Source: Iphione sp. A-MEVVRFRX5
Taxonomy: Eukaryota
DNA: 64,000 nt
NCBI GenBank assembly: GCA_976226885.1
Contig: OZ320315.1
Location: forward strand, 63,488,001 to 63,552,000
Direction of reading: 5' to 3'
Of the stretch, positions 51,511 through 64,000 are shown one piece after another. Every line of letters starts with the position of its first letter. Position 1 is the stretch's first letter. The position numbers and the translations under genes are program-made. The notes beneath the pieces are model-generated. The model was not told where the DNA came from and did not search any database. It saw nothing but the letters and a program-made list of their open reading frames with translations.

Positions 51511-54500
51511 TAGGTCCTACGCATTTTAGGGAGTCTACCGTATGCAACCATACCTGTGACTCAATTTCCGAAGACTCCATGTTCACAAATATGTGATTTT
51601 TGAATGGATTTCTTTAATGCAAAGAGCATTTCTATTACAGAAAAATGGTTCAGTATCCGAATTAATTCATTATCAAGATAATGTCTTGCAACAAGCATCA
51701 TTCGGATATTTAGTCATGAATGTTTATATGCATACACATGTATTTACATAGATATACGTGTAAATATGTAACACAGAATAGAGATTCCAGTCTTTGAACC
51801 TGTGAAAAAAAAGTATATTAGTGAAGCAGCCAGCGAAAGGCAGCCCTGTATAATCGCAGAGAAAATATCTATTCAGCTCTTAAGTATTATCTTAATGGAT
51901 GGTCTGGCTCTTTGCCAAAGCCCGACGATCGCTGCCTTCAAACTGCGGGCTCTATTTTTCCAATCTGCGATATGCAATGGGCATGTGATTAGGGAGATTA
52001 CATACCGAACCTAAGCAACTGCCTCTTCCAGCCTCTCTATATAAATAAATGCTTACATGTAGACAGAGAACAATGCTCCACCAGCTCGTTACAGAAGCAG
52101 AGGTTAGCCTTTCACAGTTCCCCGCCTGGCGGGCCAACGCCAAGCAACATTAACATGGCAGTCTTGATATTGTCGGGGGAGAAAGAGGAAGAAGTATTTG
52201 ATGTAATTTCTCCATTTTCTACTGAAATGAATCCTCTGTTGGGCAGGCGCATGCCGCACTATTAGACGACTAATTGGGTCTCAGCATCTGAATGGCTCGA
52301 GATGGTAGCACATCCCTGGTGGTCATGATTGAGATAGACAGTCTCACTTTCTCGCCTCTTAGACAAGTACACGCCTGCGCACCCACACATTCACTCACAC
52401 CTTCGTACTGAGAGACAGTTCGCACCCAACCTAGCCTTTATCATTCAAATGCAGCTGGACCCTTCTAGCACTCTAGCACGCATACCTCATTAAAAGACGG
52501 TTAATTCAAGAGGGACTGGCTCATCCCTGGTCTCCACTCCATCATTCTATAGACAAATAGGATGAATGTCCATCCACACATACACACGCGAAGATGTGGA
52601 GTCTATCCAGAACCACCTGTCAAAGTTTACGGAACAACTCAGACTTTGCCACTTATGGACTCACTAGCAGGTCTACAGAAAAGTAGGTGTACTATTATAT
52701 ATAGTATTTAAGAAAAGTTAGAATCATCCTTGGAGGAGTAAACTCCGACAAGTTGACACGTTTTGAATTGCGATGAAGCAAGTGAGGTATACAGTATACA
52801 TGTAGATGCAGATAGAGGTGACACTATTATTGATAGGATAGCAACAGATGTGAAAAGTCAAAAGAGATAGTCGGCACTGCGATACAGTATATTACACACA
52901 AATTCATCCACATATGAAGAAGCCAAACCACAGTCACCATCAGAGGTTAAAAGAGTACGGTAAATAAAAATGATTTTGAGCCAGGGTGTCTAATGATACT
53001 TATATCTATATGCAGACATATTTATGGAAGTAGGCAAAGGGACACATAAAGGAGCACATTATCACAGTTCTTTTTGGGGAATATGCGAGAAAGAAAAGTC
53101 TACGAGGGAGATCACATGAGCACAAGCATCTACAACCCTGAGGAACTCCTCCACCCGCCACCTGTTGGGGAGTCGAGACCCTCTACATCGCTACAGTGCA
53201 TATTTACATCTAGACACAGCGGATATGCAAGGCAACATATACGTGCACATCATCACACAACCTGTCATAAGAGTACGCACGTCGAGTATCACAGACTCAT
53301 TAGCAGTATAACGCATAAGTTTGAAAATGTATTCCCATATGTATGTACAGAAACATGCATGTGCAAAACACTAACATGCGACCTATGAGCATGTTCGTAC
53401 TAGGCCAAGACTGAGTTAGAAACTGTCAAGGGATTTTGGCGTCACTAGCCTGAAACAACAAGACCCTGATTGATCATATAATCACAGCTAGATCTTACCG
53501 CCTCACAGGCGTTAACTCGATACGATCCACTGTCTGACGTCGGAATAATTTCATCTGAATATTACATGCTCTGTCAAATAAGATGTCCGTGCAGCTCGGC
53601 CGAAAGCCCTAATCAATTCAGCTAGTCTCTGCTTATTTATCCAGAATACAAATTGTCGTCTCGCGGATGCTCTTTCACCGCGTTCTCGACAGAAACCAGA
53701 TCGGCAGAATGTGATTGGTGGATTGAAGGAGTATCAAAAAGGAGCTATTCAAGGACAGTATGTAGGAGCAAAAATTCAGAAAATAATTATTCGGGCTGGG
53801 AAATATACGAGTTGAGGGAATAAATTGGATATCAGGTAACAACCCTAAAGCAATCAATATGAAACCAATACCTGTCTTGGTTATTCACCACGGAGTGTTC
53901 CCTGCGCTCTATGGATGTAACTCTCAACTGTCATCTGCCTACTGTGTTCTCTGTCTGCTCTCTTTAACTCCCTCTTTTTTATTTCCTTTTCCTTTCTTTT
54001 CCCTCTCTGTCTCTCTGTGTCTCCTTCCTTTTCTGTTTCCTTCTCTGTTTCTATGTTTACCTCCCTGGCTGGCGGACTGTCTAGCCGGAGCCATGACCTT
54101 TCTATATCTGCTTGTCGGGCTGTTCGATTTTATTTTCCTTTCTTTCTGTTAGTTTTTGTTTGTCTCTTTTGTTCCCAACTTCTATCCCTCTCTCTAGACC
54201 CAGACAGTATCTGTGTCTAAAAGAGCCAAAACACACAGCAAATAAAGTGCTTTTATCCATTCTTTTACGACCCGGAATGACTGGGATTGTGACATACTGA
54301 CTAAAATATAAAAATAGTATAGACTCGTTCCTCGGTCAAGAAGAGTTATTAGATATGGAGGTGGGCCTTTGTTTGTGTAGCTGTATGTATGTATGTATAT
54401 GCGTGGAGAGCGAGTCTGGCAACATCGTTGGGCGCCATTTGTTTCACCTGTTCCTTGGCTGCTCCGTCTCCAACACAACGTTCCCTCCAGGGGGAGTTGG

Positions 54501-55166
54501 TGAATGAACGAGTGAGTGCCAGACGACTGCATTCTTTGATGAAAGTAAGCAGACAAAACCAAAGGGACCGAAAACAGTAACAAAACCGCCCCACAACACA
54601 ACACCCTCCTCACCGCAGACGTGACGTCACAGCTAGAGTGGGTGGGTGTGGGTGCGGTGTGTTAGAAGGATGTGACGGCTCATGGTCTTGCTAGGGTACG
54701 AAAAGTTTCTGTCTGTCTGTCCGTCTGTCTCTGAGTACTTAGGACAGCGACGAGATTGCCGCCCTGCTGCCCTTTAAGGTAACTTCTAACGGTACTTCCT
54801 TCGACGCTGTCGATCACAGGTTGGCCGTTCTAACATTCCTATGTATGCAGTGGCGCTCTTGTCGAAGGGCGGGCGGGCGAGCGGGTGGGCGGGCGGAGGG
54901 GGTGGCAGGACGGCAGCGACGATGACGAAGGCGGCGGCGGTTGCAGCGGCAACTGTGGTTGCTACTGCTCCTGTCGCTGCCGTGTCGCTGGCGACGACTT
55001 CAGATACAGACATCAAGCAACAAATGTAGTACCTATCGTGAACAAAACGACAGCACAGCTAGCACATTGTATGATGTATCTATACGGTTATAATAGAGAT
55101 GGTGACTATGTGTTTACATACAAGGTACGGAAGCTTAGTGTTTATGCGCACTCAAGGTATGTCTGC

Positions 55167-55332
55167 TTAGTATGTGTATAGATAAACCATATGGACAGTT
55201 ACCATTTGTATCCATATAAATCATGACCGTTTAGTATGTGTATACATATAAAGTAGGAATACTTAGTATGTGCATACATCCAAGTATAGATGTTTGATAT
55301 GTGTAGGTAAAACGTATGGATGCCTAGTATGT
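55167..55332. repeat. Diverged minisatellite, about 32-bp period
   Basis: ttagtatgtg(t/c)ata at 55167, 55231 and 55263, and ctagtatgt at 55324; spacings are 64, 32 and 61 bp. Confidence 0.55.
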
Positions 55333-55461
55333 TTTCCCTGGTCAAATCTTTATCCAGCACAAACATAAACATGCGCACATATCAAACACAGGACTCAATT
55401 AGTCTGAAATCAGCAATACGTCATGTTAATATTCACGAACAAGGACTTATGGCCGGTTTAC

Positions 55462-55696
55462 NNNNNNNNNNNNNNNNNNNNNNNNNNNNNNNNNNNNNNN
55501 NNNNNNNNNNNNNNNNNNNNNNNNNNNNNNNNNNNNNNNNNNNNNNNNNNNNNNNNNNNNNNNNNNNNNNNNNNNNNNNNNNNNNNNNNNNNNNNNNNNN
55601 NNNNNNNNNNNNNNNNNNNNNNNNNNNNNNNNNNNNNNNNNNNNNNNNNNNNNNNNNNNNNNNNNNNNNNNNNNNNNNNNNNNNNNNNNNNNNNNN
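55462..55696. other. Assembly gap (235 N)
   Basis: Uninterrupted run of N. Confidence 1.
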
Positions 55697-57299
55697 CTTG
55701 CAATGTTTGCATATACTACTCACGTTGGGTTCGTTGCCCTGCCTCGTATGTTCGTGCTACACATACGTCGTCTCGGACTCTCAACTCTTCAACATTATTC
55801 CCACCCAACAGACAATAAAACCTGGGCCATGGCGCAATGCTTACGGACGCAATCTCCCTTTTTTATAGTTATTATTTTGGGAACTGGCGAAGGAGAGACT
55901 ACGTATTGCCGGCGTTTGACGCACTGCCTTGCCAAGGACAAGCATTGAAGTTCACGTTGGCCAATCGCTGCGGCGGAGGTTGCCACGTGACACCAGCGTT
56001 GGAAAGCGTTCTGACCTAATATGGACAGCTCGTGTAACAGCCAGCGGAGACAGCATGCAGGGACAGGATTGGATTGGGGTGGGTGGGCGGTTCGATGGGT
56101 GGGTAGGTGGATTGTTGCAGGGGAAAATGTAGGATGAACATTATTTTGCTGCAGCAAAGTATGGTGCACAACTCAACACGAGCGGAGACCTATACGGACT
56201 CAGAACATTCCCACAGATGTAAAGAGAAGAAAATCACTTGTATCATATCATAATGGCACAAACCTAAATCTATTAGCTCACCAAGGCAAGGGCATTAAAG
56301 AAAGTCGACTTAAAGGATTATGTATAATACGATCTACTCTAGGCAGTGTCAATATCTTATCAAAATATTTGGACCATCTTGTTAGCTAGCTTCTCCGCTT
56401 TGTGAGAGATGCCGAAACAGCTTTATTATGTATTATGTAGAGTTTTTTGGATATACATGTACATTACCGTAAAACGTGGTGTAGCCTACCTACAGCGTAT
56501 TTGAAACAAGCATCAGTTTCAGTCTCACTTTCATATTATAACTGGCGGAGGCATCTCACCAGGCTGTAACGTTCCACTGCTCATTTCTAGATTTGAAACG
56601 GACATTAAATTATTTTACTAAACATTGTACAACAACCGCACAAAAGAGAAACAAAATTTCTGATAATTCGCCAGATTGGAGTTCTCGTCGCCACATGGAA
56701 CATGGTGCAGTTACACACGTATAATAACCAGTTGCCAACGTACATGTATAAGCTTTCAAGATTTCTATGCAAATCCCCTTTCAGACATCAGGATCTGGGA
56801 CAATTACATCGCACTCTCTGATTAACCTATTGTTTGAGGTGCTAGTAATAGATCTACACTCATGGTACGAGGTAGGGACTAGGGCAGCAGGTCAAGAAGT
56901 TTGTAAATGAAGCATATAAGACGGTGTTGAAAAATTGATTTTGGTGTCGGATCGTGTTAGGTTCTAGGGTAACGGAGGTCATTTATCAGAATGAAAGGAG
57001 CCAAGTACGGCGCCAGGGGCATGTGGTCTGTTGGGAGCATGGGGAATGACAGGGTACTGAAAAAGGACACTGGTAGGATGAAGAAAGAAGTAGGGCAGCA
57101 CCATAATTAGAGAATAATGAAGAGAATAGTGGGACAATAATGGGGAATCGGGAAAATGTAGAAAGAGGCAGCGGGGCAGTAAAGAAAGTTTGAAACAGGA
57201 CCGTGTTGATATAAAGAATTAAGAAAGTGCGCGGCGTTCGTGGGGAGGGGGTTGTCTTGCAGTTGCAGTACGTGGGGATTTAAGGTTTAAAAGATGGAG

Positions 57300-58380
57300 G
57301 ATGGGGAGCAGGTTCTCTCCCCGCAGGAGCAGGATGAATTTAAAGATGGGCTCGCTGTGTTGGTAACATGTGAAAACCAATCTCAAGTATCAGAAAGCCT
57401 GAATATAGCCGAAATGTTCAATACAGGATGGAACTGATGGAAGGCCGAGTAAACATGCTGATTCCAGTACACTGTTCTTGTTTCCTGTTTTAATTCACAC
57501 CAAAATAATTTAAACAAAAAGGGCTTGTGCAAATGTGCCGTATACACATTAATACTGCACCTCAAAGTATGTGATGTGCTTCCTCACTATTCCTACATAG
57601 GTATCGTGTAAAGAGAAAGTGAGGCACAGGATGGGTGGTAACCGATGCATTTGTGATCGGAAATCAGAAGATGGATATGACACAGAAGTATGAAGTTATA
57701 TTTGCCGGCGTAAAGCCAATAGGTAGAATTTCAGTTGGTTTGAAAGCTCTAGCTATAAAGCACAAAGAGATGGCCAAACGGAAGTTTACCTAGTGTGAAG
57801 ACCTGACCACATATAAATGAGTAAATGTAGGGGTCGTAGAAAGTTGGTGACTCCATCATCTGAGATGAAGGATCAATAGTGAAAGTAGTGTCAATCTCTA
57901 ACCTTATATAAGATAAGTTATTGGTAGAGGTAAAAGAAAGTCAATAACTTCAGTGTGAGAAAAGAAGGATGAGAAGACGGCAATATGAAGGTATTTAGAT
58001 ATATGCAGAATCAGGTGAAGTTTTTGGATACAGGGAAGGTAAAGTTATCAAGATGTATAGTATTGAGGAGGGGAAACGATGGAGGTATGAAGGATGGACC
58101 TAGGGTTTCAGTTAGAAGAATGACGATTGTATAAAAGTAAAACTTGGAGTAACAGCGCAGAATAGAAGAAAGATGACGGCAGCGTAAAGATGAAAATATG
58201 AAGACTAATGAGATGGAGTAAAGGTAGGATGAGGAGACGAATGACTGGTGGTTGTAGCATTTGCTGACTCTGATGTTTATGTTGGCCGTCTTAAGCAATC
58301 TCCGGCCAGCTGTCAGGTGACAAACGACCCCTGCACGCTACCGGAACGGCGGGAAACAAAGCTCGACCGGCCAAAACAAA
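57300..58380 (-). mobile_element. Degenerate LINE 5' part: ORF1/ORF2 junction and APE endonuclease
   Basis: TCACCTGA (58320-58313), then LKTANINIR from 58295, VILLTET (about 58124-58104), and LLISDHK with SDH at 57661-57653, about 215 codons after the start, which fits APE length. The C-rich minus strand continues to about 56900. Confidence 0.42.
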
Positions 58381-60301
58381 TGCCATTACCACAGGAACCC
58401 TCAAATATTTAAACAGCTGAGATAAAACTCTCCAGATCTCCCTTTCCTCTATAGTGAGTTGAAATACAACAGGACTCCTTTAATTGTTAACAATAGGAGG
58501 GGTCCATAGTGTATAATGGTGCTGTCTGTTGTGCCGTGCACACGAGCAAGTTAGCTGCAGTGAGTCGCCAGGGAAAGTATCATAGCAATGGAAGTGGACA
58601 CTGATGGCCATAAGGAGGAACAGTTTTAAGTGATTTGTTCGCCTTCGCAAATCAAAGGACCATGGCTGCCTTACTGTCTGCCAAGTTATTCTGAATGAGT
58701 TCAGTTAGAGATATTTCCACTCTCCCTAGGCATCGTCGTTTCTACCGCTGACTTATGCTTACCCCCTACAGCAGTAACTGTTAATATAACACCCTGGCTT
58801 AACAAAGCCGCTAGACAAAGCGTTTGTAATAACACAGGTTTTCAACAACTCGAGGTTTTTGTTCTACCGCCATACTAGTAGGTAAGATACAAGCGATAGA
58901 CGACAGAATCTATCAGGAGCAAAGCGTGTCTTTACATCTTAGCACCACAGTGTTATGTACGCGAGTCCTCCTCATATATTATCCCTTTCTGTTGAGTTAG
59001 TAGCGCACATGGGAAGGAAAATAAGCATCTGTAATGCGAGCGATAATGTGAGTAATACCTCTTAACACGTACTACCGAACTGACTGCTGCTTTTTCCTAT
59101 TTTAGCAAACAGTACACTTTGCACTTTTGCAATTTGGAAAGAAATATTTTAGGAGTCCACATTTATTTATTTAACACCTGTTATATCGAAACGTATCATT
59201 GGTTATACAAGAAAATAAGATTATATGGATACTAATATGTGTACCCGAGGACCTATGAAAGCGGAACTATTCACTTTCAGTCTACTTCGTGTTACAAAGT
59301 GAAATATTATATTTAGTCAGTCTGGAGCCTGTTTTCAGTGCTCATAAGGACAAAAAAGATCTGACATATGAGTCTGGTTGGCTTTGGGGGACTATATCCG
59401 GTTTACCCTGGAACACACTATCATAACAACAAAAACAATTATCTTCTTAAAACGCTTGGTTTATTGTCAGCAGAAAGTTAAGCAATGGAAGTTACATTGA
59501 AGGTATGTTTAGAAAATCTGAAACCTATCTCTCTATACATGGATTTGGTGTTCCCTTTTCGGTAGGCACGATTGTCAGACTGGACCATAGTACGTGTCCC
59601 TGTTCCCTCTTGTACATCTTCCTAGTAAAATTTCCCCGAATATTATATGATTTGATTATTATACGGCCATCTACTTTTCCATGGCACCCTCTCGGATTAG
59701 TCTATACTCTGGCAAAAAAACACAGTTATTTCCCTCGCAGTGCCAGCTCCGCGGCAGCCCAAAGGGGTTCGTCCTATAGTGGCTGTGCTGCCTTTGATCA
59801 GCTAGAGAATATCAAAGACACCCATGCATCATGGCTACATACCGGCAACCTAAAGGTCAAAGGTTGAAAGTTAAAGCTCCCTGTAATCTAACCGTCAATG
59901 AGACAAACACATCTCATCGACAGTATTTCCATACCTCATATTAAATGGGGATGACATGAAGTAATGTAAGCAAAAGAAATCACAGCATAATGATAAGAAA
60001 AACAAAATTATTGTATCAACAAAATGCATGATTTATCACTTTCTGTCGTTGGCTATACACCATTCCGCTTCCCTAATAAGGTGGCTTAAGAAACTGAATT
60101 AAAATTCGATATTCCCTCCAGCTCTGTTTATTTCATGCATGAAATGGACATGGCGAGCTGATCGATCCGAGCACGGGCGAACATGAGCTGTTTTCTCCCC
60201 AAAATTACTGCCGTCTAGACACGCGACATTTTAGCTTCTGAGCGAGCAACGATGGCCGTTGGCTAACCTTTGATTAATGTCCTTGATTCCTTCCTTTCCA
60301 G

Positions 60302-60370
60302 GAAACCGACTGTCTTGACGTTTCACTCATCCGAGACACGCGGACGGGAAAATATGCCCGGACGCCGAAG
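60302..60370 (+). other. Candidate internal exon (69 nt)
   Basis: Branch-like CTAAC (60263-60267), pyrimidine tract tccttgattccttcctttccAG, a 69-nt segment open in two frames (e.g. ETDCLDVSLIRDTRTGKYARTPK), and donor AAG|GTAAGA. Product not recognised. Confidence 0.35.
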
Positions 60371-62129
60371 GTAAGACTCCCTACTTCCTTTAGCCTTGAT
60401 CCTTAGAATTACATTTTTAACCTTCACCCTCTGGACTCAACTAATAAGGACAACTCTTTATCGTACAGTTTAATACTACAAGTACAAAAAACTGACCGCT
60501 ATCTGAAGGGCAGCCATGTAGACATGTAGTCATCTTTTCCATCAAGTCCCAGAATAGCATGAAGCTATTAAAGTCAGATGGTCCCTAAGACTGTCCGCTA
60601 TCTCGAGGGCAATGATGTAATCAGTCAGCTCTTTATCACCCACTATAGTCTGAAGGAAAAATGACGAAGATGGCTAAATAGAAGATATGATGATGATAGA
60701 GAATAGGCGAGGAAATTCTGGCAACTATTTGGGAGTTGAAAGTTCATCAGTAACTTATACTCTTGTTTCTTCGCATAATATAAGACCGAACAGTATAGCG
60801 ATACAACCAGACTGGCCAGACAGGTGTCCTGCCTTTTCAAAGCGTGGAGCCCCTTTCAGTTTTGTGTTACACAGTCTAATCTCGTCTGGATTCTGGTGCA
60901 TGGCGTGTCCGTGGTCGGCATGGTCGGAGTGAATGACATGCAGCACAGTCTCTCTAGTCTCTACTAAACTGTGCCCGATTGAGCGATTCAAGTCTGGTTA
61001 CTCGCACGCCAACATCATGCGGTGTTCATATCAACCTGTTTACCTGATGCCGAGGCCCGGACGGCGCCGGACTGCTGGCTTATCAATTCACATTGGGCAG
61101 CGCTTGGGTGCTCACAGAAAAGACCGTTTGGTCTTGATCGGTATGACAACCAAGGACGAGAGCGAGCCTAGATAGTATATTCGCAGATTGGCATTTATAG
61201 CAGTGATCATTCGGTCTTGGTTATGAAGACTGTAGTACTGCTGGGCTAGTCATGGCAAGGGGTTCTCGATCTTCTGAAAGTCAAACAGCAGAGCCCAAGT
61301 AGAAAGCTACGAGGTGAGCACTCATAACAATGATATTTTGTTCTGGATCATTATGACAACTGAGAGCCAGAACTCGGATGGCATGACGCTTAATGCAAAA
61401 AGCTCTCAATCTTCATAATCCGGAGAGTCAACAAGTAGTGTGGTAGGAGCTCATAGCTCAGTGAATGTTTATTTCAATAACAGAAAAAAAAACTACATGT
61501 AAGACTCATCTGTTCAAAGTGAAAACTGCTTTGTCTCGATCGAGTTACCTGGCAAAGGTAAGAAACTCGTCGCAGTGACAGATAGGGAACGAATTTCAGA
61601 TGATATTTCATGAGTTATTCACTCATACATAGCATAAAGTTTTAGCCTTAACAGAAATATTGTGAGTAACATGGCAACAATATCAAGAACCCAGGAATCC
61701 TTACTGCCTACCTCTAACATTATAAGAAAGCCAAGTCATCCTTAAATTGTGGTTATTGTAAATGAAAGTGGATAATACGGATGATGTTGTGTACATGTAC
61801 TAGCGAGCTATGTTATATATTTGATGACTATATGATACATGAGACCCTCTTTCTTCTGTGATTTATTGTTATACTCCCTCACTGCATACGGAAAAGATGA
61901 TCCTATTTTATTCAGAAATGTATTCCTTGCCTGTGCAGTCTAGATATCGCTCCGTGCGGAAAATGTGAATAGTAAATTCCTTCACTACCAGACTCTAACC
62001 CTCCTCCTTCCTCTCCATAATCTGTACCCTTCCTGTGGATTTAAAGACTGACTAATTAACTATATCCTCGAAGATGCTAAAATAATGAGGTGAGCCACTG
62101 ACGACACTTTTCCCTTCTTTGACTTAGTC

Positions 62130-62446
62130 ATCGTTGTCTATGTAAGTTTTTTTTCTGCAGTCTATGGTACAGTATTTATTTGTTGTGTGTCTTAGAGCTG
62201 GTCGAATATACTGACAGTTTCCATCGGCCTTGGAGCCTAAGTTGCTCCGTATATCATCTACTCTGTTATGCTGACGTAGCAACAATTGGAGGTAATCCTC
62301 CTCCGCACATTTTCCAGAGTACTGAGGCCTCCTGATAAGTGACCTAAGATCGGATAAGCCTCCTCAATGAAGGGTTTGCTCGGTACAACCCTTATCTCTC
62401 CTAGAAAGAAGCCATTTTGTGCAGGGATTTTGTATGAGACAAACAC
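62130..62446 (-). mobile_element. Decayed Gypsy-type integrase fragment (zinc-binding region to start of core)
   Basis: One frame reads EIRVVPSKPFIEEAYPILGHLSGGLSTLENVRRR...*...APRPMETVSIFD (62236-62201), matching RxVVP...EAH...GHxG..TL..xRxRF and PxRPxExVSID. An IDNxTK-like motif follows after a frameshift. Confidence 0.4.
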
Positions 62447-63899
62447 GGGGTCATTTTACACGATACCTGCATGAATTGAAGCCACCACGTAAAATGAACA
62501 AGGCAAACTGACGCTGTGTCTTATATTTTCAATAGATTCATATAGTTCTTTATGTACATGCATATTGTTGTTCATAGAGGATATATTTTTTAGAAAACGA
62601 CTTCCGCCATTTTCTTTTTTTACTGTATTTTGATTTCAAATACATGCATATATTTGCGGATTTATTGTACTTAACCATAGTCACTCGACAACTTGTGTTA
62701 TAAGACAGTACAAACAACAGCTTGACCCAAGGCCCATATAGAGAAAATTGAATATAAAAACTATGTTGATATGTGTATCAATTGATGGCACTACTAACAG
62801 ATAGACCTATGGCTCGTATTGAGATATATAATTCTCTATTATATGAGATTGCCCAAAGGTTGAGTCTCAGTCCATGTACAGGCATTCCCAGAGTGGATAA
62901 TAGGAGTAAGTGCCACCAAGCATTAAGCCCCGTCACGTGACCGTCGGCGACTAGCCGGAATGCCAGACCGCCCTTCTGTCGCCCCGGAGGTCACCTCAAG
63001 GGCAAGGCAAGGGCAAGGCAAGGTCACGAAAGGCGGCAAAGTTTGTGATCCTGTCACACGATGACGTGCGCCCTTTGTTGGGACCGGCGCCGCCGATCGA
63101 AAGCCAACGCAGTGATTAGTGTGTCCGTATTCGTAAGGATGTGTTTACGCGCACGTGTGTGCGTGTGTGTTCCTGTCTTGAGAGGATGGCGCGTGACACA
63201 GCGTGGATGGTCTTATTCAGCCAAGGCCGGTGTGTGTGATGTTTTTTTTATATTCTCAGTTTTGTTTGGATTAGTGTTGCAGGTGCTGGATTTCGGGTGG
63301 TAGTCTTTTTTGTCAATGCTCTCCCTGGTGGCGCTAGTAGTGCTACGGCTGTCGTGTTAACAATACGTGGCACAGCGGAGCCTGTGTCTATGGCGAAAGG
63401 GCACCATTGTAGCTAAACTTTTATTTTTGCCATGTACCTGTGTGTTGCTGATGGCTCAGGCGGTAGTCGGAGCCACGGTAACATGTAGATGGATGGTGAC
63501 GCCGCAAGAGAAGCCAGTTGTAGTCCTGCTATGTATATACATGTATTGGTGATAAGGGCATTTGGAGTGACACTAGAGGAGGTGCGTGTTATGCCCAGGA
63601 CAGGTTGGTAGTGATGACAGCCATTCTAGTTAGTATTAAGCAAGTTTATCAGTGAGTTCTGTAAATAGATGATAAACATTCATAGTCCATAGAATCATGG
63701 GCCTTGGTCACAGGGACCACTACCGCCAGCCAGTAGCAAATACTTTCCCGGACAGTCCTACACCACTGGTTTACCAGCAGGGGGTTGGGGGAGAGGCTGC
63801 CTGCCTCTTTCCATCAGTGATGATCCGTATGGTAGACAGACTTCACTGAGGCAATCGACTGCCACCAAGAAGGAGATCCTCCTGCTATCTCCCACCCTC

Positions 63900-63999
63900 T
63901 CCTCCCTGCATCAAACAGCACCAGCCAGCAACCCCAGTTACCACACCACCATCACCCCCAGCTACTACCACTACCATAGCCGCTGCCAGCTAGCATCAC
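63900..63999. repeat. Degenerate (CCA/CTA)n tract
   Basis: ccacaccaccatcacccccagctactaccactaccatagcc. Confidence 0.65.
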
Positions 64000-64000
64000 C

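Noticed and set aside
54885-55181. Cys-rich peptide (GCSGNCGCYCSCRC), metallothionein-like
   Set aside because: It derives from GCT/GCG/GCA triplet-like low complexity, has a TTG/GTG-type start, and the rest of the ORF is unrelated.
55320-55868. ORFs spanning the N run
   Set aside because: Artefacts of translating N as X.
60311-60338. Minus-strand hammerhead-like string (CGGATGA-gt-GAAACGTC)
   Set aside because: The core is mutated, stem II is missing, and the sequence lies inside the better-supported exon candidate.
60491-60690. Ankyrin repeats suggested by the 99-bp period
   Set aside because: Frames contain several stops and there is no TPLH/GH..IV..LL pattern.
1-64000. Whole window being synthetic or model-generated, given its patchwork of motif-like fragments
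   Set aside because: Codon-specific CpG decay in the recombinase and hammerhead, and a typical assembly gap, fit a real methylated genome better. I cannot formally exclude it without a BLASTN of the window against sequenced genomes.

Overview
Eukaryotic, largely non-coding, repeat-rich DNA with one assembly gap (235 N at 55462-55696). The (CT)n, (CA)n, (CCA)n, (CCT)n and (GTCT)n microsatellites and old transposon debris resemble a large arthropod (decapod-like) genome, but that attribution is inference only. I recognise no intact protein-coding gene, rRNA, tRNA or CRISPR array. All ORFs are 191 aa or shorter and most come from low-complexity sequence. The best-supported element is the 3' end of a tyrosine-recombinase retrotransposon (DIRS order, Ngaro/PAT-like) at 39132-40005 on the minus strand. 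It has a CpG-decayed recombinase C-terminus followed by a B-A-B split-direct-repeat block (114-bp copies, 300 bp apart, 107/114 identical). A DIRS-RT-like reading frame converges on this block from the other side. Also present are a fossil minimal type I hammerhead ribozyme (9142-9179), a perfect 93-bp tandem duplication, a CpG island with a consensus CTCF motif and a candidate first coding exon (about 25.3-25.8 kb), several isolated exon-like segments, and many short, low-confidence remnants of LINE, Gypsy and Copia protein motifs. All protein-family calls were made by eye from remembered motifs, without database searches. I found no convincing novel biological system; the most worthwhile follow-ups are the DIRS block and the hammerhead.
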